Under the pieces are notes generated by a model that did no database searches, had not been told where the DNA came from, and worked only from the letters and a program-made list of their open reading frames with translations. Of a stretch of DNA of 30,946 nucleotides, positions 11,537 to 22,586 are shown piece after piece; the stretch's first letter is position 1; each line of letters begins with the position of its first letter. Made by a program: the position numbers and the translations under genes. This DNA is from Paraphysomonas bandaiensis (lineage: Eukaryota > Protista > Chrysophyceae): positions 1 to 30,946 of the forward strand of contig CBFFRP010000315.1 of NCBI GenBank assembly GCA_965644295.1, given 5' to 3'.

Positions 11537-12487
11537 ATATACTACCCTAAAATCTCAGGTATACACATGTTTTCGCAAGTTTAATACAGCTCATGAAGTA
11601 CTACTTCACACAACGGAGAAGTATAAATGATAAAGTGGGTAATACACTCGGTAATATGTTACGGCAACCGTCTTGTTGAATGTAATTTCCGCATTGTGAT
11701 GAAGAAAGCCTTGAGTTACGACACATATTGCTACTGAAAATTACATTCCAATAATCTAAATTTCGTCCTGCCCCAGAAAGACATACAACTCGAGAAGTTG
11801 CCACAATCTTTGTCGAATATTCATTCCTACTATCTGACGGACTAAAGAAAACGATAGTGAGACGGCTATCATTAGTACTAACCATATAGAACATCGAAAG
11901 TATCACACAGATATATACGCCTACAACGATATAATGAATACATCTCTCACGTACCTAGAGATCGTTTTAGTGATACCTTCAGGCGAGATTGAATACAAGG
12001 ATGCTGGAGGGGGTTGGATAGAAAATAAACTTTCTCCGCCAAATTTATCCCGTAATAAGGAGCGAGCAAGATTACTCTCGTCGGAGCTTCCGGTGCTCCG
12101 TTTTCCCGAACATAGCATCGGGAACGAAGATGATGTGTGAGTATCCTTTTATACAAGTTATATAAGCATAATAGCGTTAAAATAAGTTAACGAGGCTAAT
12201 ATGTAACTCAAAGTGTACCACAGAAAAGTTGATACGCAAAACGAAGTAGTGTCAAGGTATTAATCTCACTTTATGGGATCTGTTCCTTCCATGATGCCGA
12301 CCAACCAGCTGCCCCCAAACCCAAGAACTCGAACATAATCCGCACGATACACACATGTGCCTAGTGGTACACGTAATTACAGTAATACTTAAGTAGTACG
12401 GTATAATGCTGTATATTGAGGGATGCTTTCTTAGTCGAAGAGGCAAAAATAGTAGGTTCAAAGCGCATTTAGATTTTTCAATAGGTG

Positions 12488-14206
12488 CTACAAAGTGCTG
12501 TGATACCTGTCAACAGATAAAACCGTCGTGTCTTGTGTACATTCCCACTGCGAAAGACATTCTCCACCTATTAATGCCTCGACATTTATGAGGCCTCCTG
12601 CTCCAACAATAACTCCCTCAGAAGACCTCACACGACCGTGTAAAATATAAACCAGAGGGCTGTGGGAGCTCTTAGAGTGAATCAGTATAGCTCCAGCATT
12701 ATGAGACTGTATCTGACTTCCGTGTAAGACATATTCAAATAAGTCACCTATGGGGATATTCCGAAGGGGTTGAATTGCAGTCAAGTGCGCTATAAGTGAT
12801 GTAACGGCCTTGACATGGGAGTCAGTGGGAGCAATCAATGGTTCGATATCATGATTTATAGACTGTAAACCGCCCATTATTTCTTTATTGTGAGCAACGC
12901 TACACTCAACTCTTACACCATTCGGCTTAAGAATAGCAAGACTATGTTCATTTACGTCGTTGGAACTTGAAGCTGGAATTCGGATTCTATCTTCTCCAGT
13001 ATGGGAAGATGTGGTATCCAAGATTGATAATATGCGACTATGCATAAGTGTCGAACGTGTTGAGCCTTCCATACCCGTCCCAGTCGTATTAGCTACTATA
13101 TACTTCAATGAGCCATTGTGTACATCCACGAGCATATTTCCAGTATTAGCTATCCTATTATTAACTCTTGTTGGGGAAGTGGAAGTTTGCTTCTGAACTA
13201 TCGTAAGGAGGTCATTGGGACCAAATGAAAGCAGAAGAGGGCGGCTGCAAGATGGAGACAACCACAAATCTGTCCCATTACTACTGTCAAAGGACAATTC
13301 TATCCATATGTTAGACACTGACATATAGAATTGGTGGATCATATATACCTCTCGGGTTTAAAACGATATCTGGAGAGAAAAAAGTTCCCGGAACTAAATC
13401 TACTCCCCCAGTATTGTTAGACGAAGAAAATTCACTCGGAGTGTATGTGTGCCGTTTTCGATACGAGGCAAGTATTCCCAACTCCTCATAAACCGACGCC
13501 ACCAGCTGACTACAAAAGAACATATCACCTGACTCACCGACTGGGTGATCCGTCCCTATATATTTACAATGTCCACTACCCATGTGCAGAGAAGCCAAGT
13601 GGTCTTCCAGGCCATCAATACGATTTCGAATAGCAATATTTGAAAGAGAGGGCGGATCTAAGTTTCCCAATATCAGTTCATTCTTGAGATGGTCGGCATC
13701 GTGTGTTATCGATGACACCTTCGACTTCCACGCTCTACATTCTGCACAAAATCAAAATAACGTAAATATTCATGAGCAAGTAATGTACCATCGCAAGATA
13801 AACTAGATAAAAGTGCACTGGTCATATCTATCATAGAAGAATTGTATTTTCTACCCACATAGGGTTTGATACATTCATTCAATTTCGAGTCGAATTCAGA
13901 ACTAACCGGCGTTAGCAATTTTCGCACAGCAATCTTATCACATCTTGTGCGCTGCAAACGCTCTACTAGCGATCGACGAGTTATGCCGCCAACATTCGCC
14001 TCTACAATGTCCAGAGTGCCTGACGGGTTTCTGACTACTATTCCCACATGATCCCAACACGATCCGGTACCCAATTTCGCTCCTATACATATACATGCTG
14101 CCAAGGGAGGCATTGCAAGGCATTGTCGGGAAAAGAGAATAATATCTCCCGGGCTCACACGTACTTGCCACGACTGGTCTTGGCCGATACGAATCACTTC
14201 CTTCAT
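12488..14206 (-). CDS. Permuted papain-like NlpC/P60 (YiiX/C92-type) domain fused to a C-terminal cNMP-binding-like domain; at least 3 exons
   Basis: Exons 14206-13789, 13741-13349 and 13299-12488 (47- and 49-nt GT-AG introns, in phase). Motifs PGDIILF, WDHVGIV (His), YVGRKY, FCSQLVASVY (Cys) and YTPSEF. The C-terminal segment AGAILI...LVYILHGRV...GAGGLINVEAL...TVLSVDR has the CAP/cNMP fold pattern. A donor at 12506 may add a last exon towards 12252. The start codon is uncertain. Confidence 0.78.
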
Positions 14207-14442
14207 TGGTGTAACTAACTCTCTTCTGACGGGCCTTTCTGTTATCAGTCACTTTATCGGCTATGTGAATAAAACCTACGAATGGTAGCTATAATCCAAC
14301 GTGCTTCGTAAAGCAGTGTGCATGAGTTTCTGAATACTTCAATAAGACAGACAGCAAACCCTTAAATTCTTTCATCAATTCTCAACAGATAATATACACG
14401 GGTAGCTGTACGGAGTACGGGCTACAGGGGTGATGAAAAGGT

Positions 14443-14470
14443 AACTGAAAACTGAAAACTGAAAACTAAA
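14443..14470. repeat. (AACTGAA)x3 + AACTAAA tandem repeat in a divergent intergenic region
   Basis: Seen directly in the sequence. Confidence 0.8.
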
Positions 14471-14674
14471 TATGGATATGACAGTTTGTATAGAAGTTCT
14501 AGGAATTCCTATATGTCTGTGAAAGATATTTGGTGAAGTTCAACAGCTTTTGCAGAAATGTTCTGCTGGATATCATCATGAGCACTAGTGACAGAAATAT
14601 CCTAACTATGCTCTATTTACAGTCCCTCAACCCCCTGCTAACTATACTATACATGTAAACTATATATTTAACAC

Positions 14675-17600
14675 ATGCTGAAAGATCCTTCTAAAATATC
14701 GTATTCATCGAAATGTCGCACAAGCATATCTCACCGAGACAAACAATATGCTACATTAATGGCGGATTATCTGGATAAGGCCATATCTGACCCACATGCG
14801 CTTGCTGAATGTATCCCTTTCTTTCCTCGCCGTTTCAATCAGATTCCTCGAAGTGAGAGTCGACTACAAATCTCCGGGTGTTGTATGCTAATACAGATAT
14901 CTGGGTTGTGTGATCTTATATCTGACTTCTGCTTTGGAAAAGACTTCGAATCTGTCATTAGGAACCGTTTGTCACGTGTAAACACTGTCATTGAAACTAT
15001 TATTCAATGTGTGTATTCATATTGTGGTGACGGTATGTAACAACTGATTTTATCATTTCCCACTTGATCATATGTTGCAGTCATTAGTCTTCACACCGGC
15101 AGCCTTTTGTGTCTCTTCCATCATTCAACTGAACACGATACCATTTCAGATTGCTCTCTCAAAGCAGCTAAATGTGGTCTGCAACTCACACAGACACAGT
15201 TTGAGGGAGTTGAGCTTCGAGTGGCAATAACTTGCGGGAATATGAATTTCTCTGTGTTAGGTGGATACAATGGCAAGTGCAGCTTTCTATTGAGTGGAGA
15301 CTGCGTTGACGCAATTGACCACTATCTTACAATTGCTAAACCTCAGGAACTTATAATATCTGATAATTTGTACCTTGTGATAGCAAATGACTTTGCTGTG
15401 GCTACAGCAGCTTCAGGTGCACGTGTCACTGGCATTCGTCAACGATCTTTGCTCACCATGAAATGTCGACTTCCATCTTGGGATATCGAATCTGTCTCCA
15501 GCAGTTGCATTAATGACTCCCTTCTCGAGAGCAATGATATAGACGAATTTGCTCATAGCTATGGAGAGATTGGAGATCGCGACCTAGTTTCTTGTATTCC
15601 CTTGCCTGTTGTAGAGGCTGTTGTCAGCAAAACTGTACCTGAAAGCTATTCCTTACATAAGGTCACAGCTCTGTTAATGCGATTGGATAATTATTCGTCA
15701 GAGGAGCACGATGATATAAGTGACTTACAACCCTACATATTTTCTATGCAAAAGTGTCTTGATGAATGCGGAGGAATGTTGCAGCGATTTATTATTGATG
15801 ACAAGGGTTGTATACTGATAGGTCTCTGGGGTGTTCCAACTGCGAATCATACGTCGAATTGCTCTAGAGCCCTTCGCTGTGCGGTGATGATGAGAAACGA
15901 GGCAAAGAAGCTATTGCATGATGTCTCAATTGGTATTACCACTGGATACGCCTACTGTGGAATTCTTGGTACAGATTATAGACGGGACTATGTTGTTTTT
16001 GGCAAATCAATTGAACTAGCTGTTGGCTTGATGGTTCACGCGGAAGGGCGCGTTCTGATCGATGATGAAACGATTGACCGTCTTGGATTAGACATTGCTT
16101 CCAATACTTGCCTCACTGAACCTGTAGTATTGCCGGGACAATCTTCTGACGCAGTGTATCATAGCTATGTTAGTCCTGTTCCGTTTTCTGCACACACGCG
16201 CGATGTTCGCCCTGACAAGGATATTATATTGGAGAAATACATTCGCCGAGCTCTTTGTAGTGTGTTAGAAGTGAAAGATGGGACGTCCTGTATTATATCT
16301 GAGATCTCGTCAACTTCTTCCTGCTCTACAGCATCAGATGGAGATTTTTCTATTACCAAGCTTTCTCCTAGCAGTCGACGTCAAATACTTTCCGACACAT
16401 CACGTAGTAATGTAACGCCAGCAGGAAATGTGCTGATCATCACTGGTACGTCAGGATCCGGGAAGACCTCAATAGCGAATAGCTTTGTGCGACGATTTGT
16501 TTCTCGGGATACTTTTACAAGAGACAAGTCACCTCGCAATACATGTGCTAATGCGGTGTTCATTCCACTTACTGATGCGGATGACGTTTCGTGCGGCAGT
16601 CTGCGTAAGATCTTTTTTTCTCTCTTCGACTGGTTCGGCATGTACTCTGAAAATTGTCAAAAGAATTTCATGGTACGTATGATTGGTGGAGCATTTCCCT
16701 CGTACTCGGCTACGGCAGCTGTGCTGCAACTATTTCCTGTGATTACGAAGGTTCTTAATGTTAATTGGGATTGGGGAATATCGATTTCTGCAGAAGACCT
16801 CAAGATATATAATGGCTATTCTAATTATCGAGTAGATCGGACTGACACTGACATTATTGCCGATCTCCTGTTATATATTCTTTCCGACAACGTCCCAGTG
16901 CTGTGTATTGATGACGCGCACTTTATGTGCTCATTTTCATGGGGAGTAATCACTCGGTTATGCATACTCGGACCCGGTCCCGTGGTAATTCTCACTATTC
17001 GGGTGAACAGTGCACCAATTTCCAACTCCACTTCTGATGTGATTAAGTTCCGACCTAGTCAAGGAAAGCAAGTAGGAGAAAATCAACTCATAGAATTGCC
17101 GCGATACAACAGCTTTACTAGTGCAACTGCTGTAATGGATAATTCCGAGTCAATTATCCCCGTAAGGTGAAGTTAATTATTTGTAATGGTATTACTCTTA
17201 TGCAGCTGCAGGCATGCCACTGAGTTCTCGACGTTATTGCAATCTTTGCCATGCCGGCAGGTTCATAAAATTCATTTACGTAATCTTTCCACACGAAGTG
17301 TGAAAAAGATATTACGACGACACTTTACAAGCAACTTTTCCGAGTCGGACGTTACTTGCCTCGGCCAATTAACGCTTGCCAATCCCTTTTTTTTGTGGAA
17401 GTTTATTGATTTTGCTAATACCATTTGCCACAGTGATATTGAGAGCGCGTTACTTCGTGTCCACAACACTGGCATCATATCTACACTAACCAATGTCTTA
17501 TCGGAAACTGACCTTGCAGTTCTACGTACGGCTGGTGTTATAGGAGAGCAGTTTTATATAGACGTACTGCGAGATGTCCTCCCACGATATCTCTGTACCT

Positions 17601-18302
17601 ACCTTTACTCCGCATTGACTTCGTTGGAGGCTAATGGCCTTATAGTTCCGCTTGCCGATGGATTTTTTAGCTTCAGCAATGGACTGATTCGCATGTATAT
17701 ATATGAACAAGTTCCTCAAAGGTAACAGCCTGTTTATCTGCACAAAATTCGTTCATTCCGATTTATGATCAGTGATGCTGTTGCTCTACATGGCAAGATC
17801 GCAGCTGCGATGGAGAAAATGTATTCATATAACTGCATTAGCCACTGTGAGAGGTAAGTAATGTTTCTCCCGTTTATATTGCATTCGCTTATTCTTTTGT
17901 CGCATTAGCATTTGCTATCACTACACAATGAGCAACCAGAAGAAGATGACTGCTAAGTGGGCATGTGCAGCCGCAAACAGTTACTTATTGCGTGGAGATA
18001 TCATTTCTGCCATGCCTTATATGGATGTAGCAATGCTCAGTGGTTTGGGGCGTTCGAGCACCTTGAAACTTCTGGGTTTATTATCTAAGTCCATAGGAAT
18101 AACTCGGGAACGAATGAAAAATTCCAACAACGAGATTATTCCACCACCTGTTTTGAACGATTTATTATGCAGACAGGAATCTATGTGTGTAAGACTTCGT
18201 CGTCGCCAAAACTTTTTTTTTGGGTTGGTGAATACTGTGAATCATATATTAAGCGGGGCTCGATTTTCAAATCACAGGAAAATTTATGTAGATTGCTCAT
18301 AA
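14675..18302 (+). CDS. ADCY10/soluble-adenylyl-cyclase-like protein: two class III cyclase domains (degenerate) + P-loop NTPase + helical tail; about 1140 aa, 5 exons
   Basis: Exons 14675-15032, 15081-17166, 17206 or 17212-17721, 17773-17853 and 17909-18302. Motifs FIIDDKGCILIGLWGVP, SIGITTGYAYCGILG, Walker A GTSGSGKT, Walker B VLCIDDAH, ANPFFL, LRTAGVIGEQF and ICYHY. Confidence 0.88.
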
Positions 18303-19897
18303 TTCTATGACTCAGACTGGGGAATAGGTTATTACATAAATTTACCGTGGAGCATTCGTCTTAGATATTTGTATGTAGAGTGCGAAGTCGTATTGGTTGA
18401 ACATTTATCGTATGTGATGATAACGTTTACAACGGTGTTCATTAGATTTATTTTATTGCCTGTACTGTATGACGCCTTGTTATTCTATGGTATCGATTGA
18501 TATTTTTTACAATAAAAAGTCTGAGAGTATTGTATAATAGGAATGGTATTGCAAATCTCTGTTAAACATGGTTTGTTAAAGAAGTTATTTTATTTTATGA
18601 TGGCGTATCTCTTTTCGTTGTCGCAGTTATTTAACACAAGTCCTTGCTGTACACAGTACACAATACTAGAGTATTTTTTTCTTAATTTCGATATATATAT
18701 GAGTATAACTAGCTTTGACCTAGAAAATCCAGGATAACACAACTAGTGCATAGTATCGCACACATAGTTATCAGCCTTCGTGCATCAAAAACAACGCCGA
18801 CTACTGTCAAAGACTAAAACAACAGCTTTAGCGGCAGTTATTTTACAATGACATACCGCCTAGTAGGGTTGCGATTAATTAACTGCGATTAAATTGCGTA
18901 GCTAAGTTTTGAGCAAATTCAGTAGCAATTATTAGTTATAGCTCTAGCGATTATAATTGTAAGTAATTCCAATTTAAATGCCAATTATTGTCTTTTCCTC
19001 ATTTCGTCTCAGAAAAAGCTTTTTTCTGACCTGATTTGGGCTCAACAGGGCGTTCATATCAGCACCGGGCAAATATAGACATTCAACTTCAATATTCGCT
19101 TCAACATAAGCTCACTTCTATCTTTATTATAATATTGACAATCGTATGTATGAATGTGATTTCATTATTTTACACATTATAGAGAAACCACGATCATGAG
19201 CCGAATATCAAGAGCAGATCATCAAACACTCCAAGTTATATTCCATCCTTCATAATGAGGTCAGTGCAAGTGATCTGTCTTCATATCCAGGACTTCGAAA
19301 CATCTTCAAGAATATTACAGGAAAGTTTAAGTGTCATATCTGATGTTATATAGGTGGTTAGGAGCAGTGGCACCCAGTTCTTTCAGGGTTTGGGCCATAT
19401 CATCGTGCTTCTCAGGATATCATACACACATCATTCGATCAGGTGTACTTGCAGAGGTTAAACCTGCTGTATATGAATGTGATGATGATGCTAATCAAGG
19501 CAATATGAAGCCTCTCTTGCGCCTACAACTGTTCACATTCATTATCACACTTATGTACAAATTTCAACACCTCGCAGTTGCTATTCCCTCAGTATTCTTC
19601 TGTGGTAAGAGTACATTAGTTGTAGCTGTTATAGAAACTTGGGGTTTATTGTGTTGAGTTGATCTAGTACTATTTCTACTCCCTAAGCATACAGTATACA
19701 TATATATCATTGATTTGAAACTATATGAGTTCTCATTTATTTTCTTAATGTTCATCAGGAAACATCTATCTCTTAATACAGTAAGCATGCTACAAATAGC
19801 TATACAATCTAATATCACAACCGTTCTCATGTAATAGTCAGATATTCTTACTTAAAATATAATATCAACTTTTCAACGTCATCAGGATAAGCTACGA

Positions 19898-20009
19898 TTT
19901 AACCGAGGGATAAGGAGTATCATCCCTTGTCTAAATTTTAAAACTCGGGCTTGTTGCCCTCGTTTCAAAATTTTGAGCGCGGACAGCCTCCTTATTGTCC
20001 GTGGTTAAA
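19898..20009. repeat. About 110-bp imperfect palindrome (hairpin) nested in the hAT element
   Basis: TTTAACC...ATAAGGAG pairs with CTCCTTAT...GGTTAAA; AAATTTTAAAAC pairs with GTTTCAAAATTT; GGGC-TTGTT-GCCC at the centre. Confidence 0.8.
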
Positions 20010-20069
20010 CATAACTTAATTAAATTAGCTTCTCATTACAAGCATGTACAGCAACTTCAACTGTACTTG

Positions 20070-20600
20070 CATTTCACAAAAGCCTATTAAAGTGCAATAA
20101 CATAAGGGCCTCCAATTGAGGTGCCGTAGATTTGCGCAGATTACTCATATTGGTTTTTGTTCTACTGAAAAGCCTTTCTACACAATTAGTAGTGGAGTAA
20201 ATATGCTTCAAGTAGTGGTACTTAGTTGGTTTGGCCGTGCATAATCACTCTTGTTCTTGGTGCGCTTGGTGCCTTCTCGTAAGTAAGTCGACACCATCAT
20301 CTTCTTTCTATCCAACAGAAAACGTTTGAGTTGCGCCTTCTTAGGTCGAGTGAGATTGTCCTCCATTCCGCTTTGGACTTTCACAACAGCATTTTCGAAG
20401 GTTTGATTCATAATTATGTCCGCATCCGCACCAAGGTGATGGCTAGTACTAAGGAATTTCTGAAATAAGGTATTGAATAAGAAACACACATCACTAAGGT
20501 CGGCCTGTTCGGTGCTACCTCCGAGTTCTCTTACCTCCGCTGTTAAGCGATCTAATTTAGCCTGTGTCACTGCATTTGGGATTAATTTGTTGATCTCGTC
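20070..20600 (-). pseudogene. hAT transposase C-terminal remnant
   Basis: The segment DLSDVCFLFN...HLGADADII...FENAVVKVQ is followed, after a frameshift, by the dimerisation motif YSTTNCVERLFS...LRKS..P.LEALMLL. The N-terminal part is missing. Confidence 0.85.
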
Positions 20601-21245
20601 GCCAAAATTGCACCTGCCCAGATTGGTAAGAGTAAGATTGTCAAAGTACTTATTAGATGGATCGAGCTGAACTTAGCCTTGTAGCTGAAGGTCAAGAGGA
20701 AAGAAACGTAATCGACCATACAAAGAAAGAAATATATAATGCGAGGCCAACCTTCCCACCATTTTAATAGCCATTAAGGGCGATAAAAGGCTATCGTGCT
20801 TAATGCTTTCCAAGTTCTAATTCTAATATGTCTTTATACTAAATAGTATATATATGCAAAATATTACGTACATTCCATGCAATTTAATTGCAATTAACTG
20901 CAATTCAAGTAATTGTCACGCAGCCCTGCCGCCTAGTGAACACTTTACTTGTTAGTACCATTGTTCTGTTTGAACCACTTCTGTATACACAAAATAATTC
21001 TATATACACTATTATTAGCTGTCTAAAGTAAAAAAGTGGATATAGTAGATTGTGTTCACACTTCACACTGTTGCTCTGTAGAAACTACTGGACCTATTAT
21101 ACGAAACTTACATCGACTTGCTTGCTGGCCATCAAAGATTCATCGCTCTATATTTTATTTATACCTTCCCACCAACACGTCTGAAAGCTTGATACAAGGG
21201 TGTGGGATGGCTGAGAACTGATATGAAGTGATTAGATCTAGCTGA

Positions 21246-21910
21246 TTAATTTTCATTCTTCCTGTCACTGAAATCGAAATGTTTTCTCACTTTGGTGTCT
21301 GTTATCAACTTATCAAATACAAAGAAATGGTCTCCTTTGACTTGAAAACTAGCAAACGGGTGGTCTCTCACAGTAACTGGGGATATATCAGACCCCATGA
21401 ACTCAGTTTCGTATTCACTTCCAAACATATTCAGCCGCGTTGCAACGAATATGCGCTGCTCCGGAGGTACATCGCTATTTTCTGATTTTTCTTCAAGCTT
21501 TATGACATAGGGATAACTCATTGCTTTCAAAAATAAAGTGGATCCTAAGGCCATAACTACAGCCGTACCAACAATCGTGTACTGACCCACAGATGGCATT
21601 GTTCCGTACAGCATCATCATAACAGGCTGGGAAAATAACATAATTATAAAAGCCAAGTACTAGTATGATATGATTTTACCAGTGTAGTGATGCTTAGAGT
21701 CGCAGAACCTAATGAGACTCTACGCAATATACTTAACACGCCTCCAAATGAGCCTTCATAGAGAGGTGGGGGTTTTTCGTTACTGACGCTCTGAAAGCAA
21801 AACTGTCGTGATTTCAGTGTCAAATATAAAGGTGATCTAACGGTAGATGGGGAAGTCTTCAGGTGGTGTGCTGTCCGTGACAAGCACGTTCTCGTGAAAG
21901 TGCGGATCAT
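21246..21910 (-). CDS. TMEM70: TMEM70-like mitochondrial membrane protein (ATP synthase assembly), 203 aa, 2 exons
   Basis: Exons 21910-21680 and 21626-21246 (53-nt GT-AG intron). Arg/Thr/Ser-rich presequence, LYEG...LRRVSL, two TM helices, PYVIKL, HPFASF. Confidence 0.78.
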
Positions 21911-22586
21911 AAGTGATTCTACTGAGTAGGTATTAATTAACGAACTAAACTACACTGTGTAAAGCAATAAACGACTGAATAGGAGCTAATGAAAACAATA
22001 GAGTTGTGGAGGTAACGTGTGATGGATCTGTCTGGTCACTGCAATGCACTGACTTGATATGGACATATACGTACAGTATATTCAGTGTTAAGACTGTGTT
22101 TTCCCACCACACAAAATACATGAGATTATGAATACAGTTCTGTATTTTGTTGATTCTACAGTGATCATTTACAGAGTGTCTGCCATGGCGTAGAATCGTA
22201 GAATGCAAGAAATCCGCTTTTTCAATGCATATTCTCCAATAAAACCATTTTTTGTATTCCTTAAATCTAAAAAATGGTTGAAAAGGAGGACAAGTCTACT
22301 TGTTTTATGTCTATGTTCCATATACACAAGCACTGAACTCATAGCTAAGTCATTATATCACTCTGCCAGGAATTAGCTGTTCGGTGAAGATATGCAAGTG
22401 GTATTGCACAATTAAAGGACACTGGGATAGATATTGAATTAGGGTGTTTATATAACGGCTCATTTCATATGAATATAAATTAATTACATATAAAAAGAGT
22501 AAGTAAACTGAATACATGCACTCCTGTGCCCTCTGCTAGAGCCAATTCGAAGATACACATCCTGACCTTGTTGTTAAAGATACAGT

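Larger units (their letters stand above)
18864..20928 (-). mobile_element. Decayed hAT-superfamily DNA transposon
   Basis: TIRs TAGGGTTGCG / CGCAGCCCTG; perfect 8-bp TSD CCGCCTAG at 18856-18863 and 20929-20936; subterminal GCRATTAA-like repeats at both ends; transposase remnant inside. Confidence 0.92.

Noticed and set aside
11601-12156. Short minus-strand ORFs with possible splice sites
   Set aside because: No recognisable motif and no consistent exon chain; may be a decayed gene or TE but cannot be supported.
14675-18302. Active adenylate cyclase or a bona fide Pycsar/CBASS-type system
   Set aside because: The catalytic Asp, Asn and Arg residues are substituted and the genes are spliced eukaryotic genes; kept only as a weak hypothesis.
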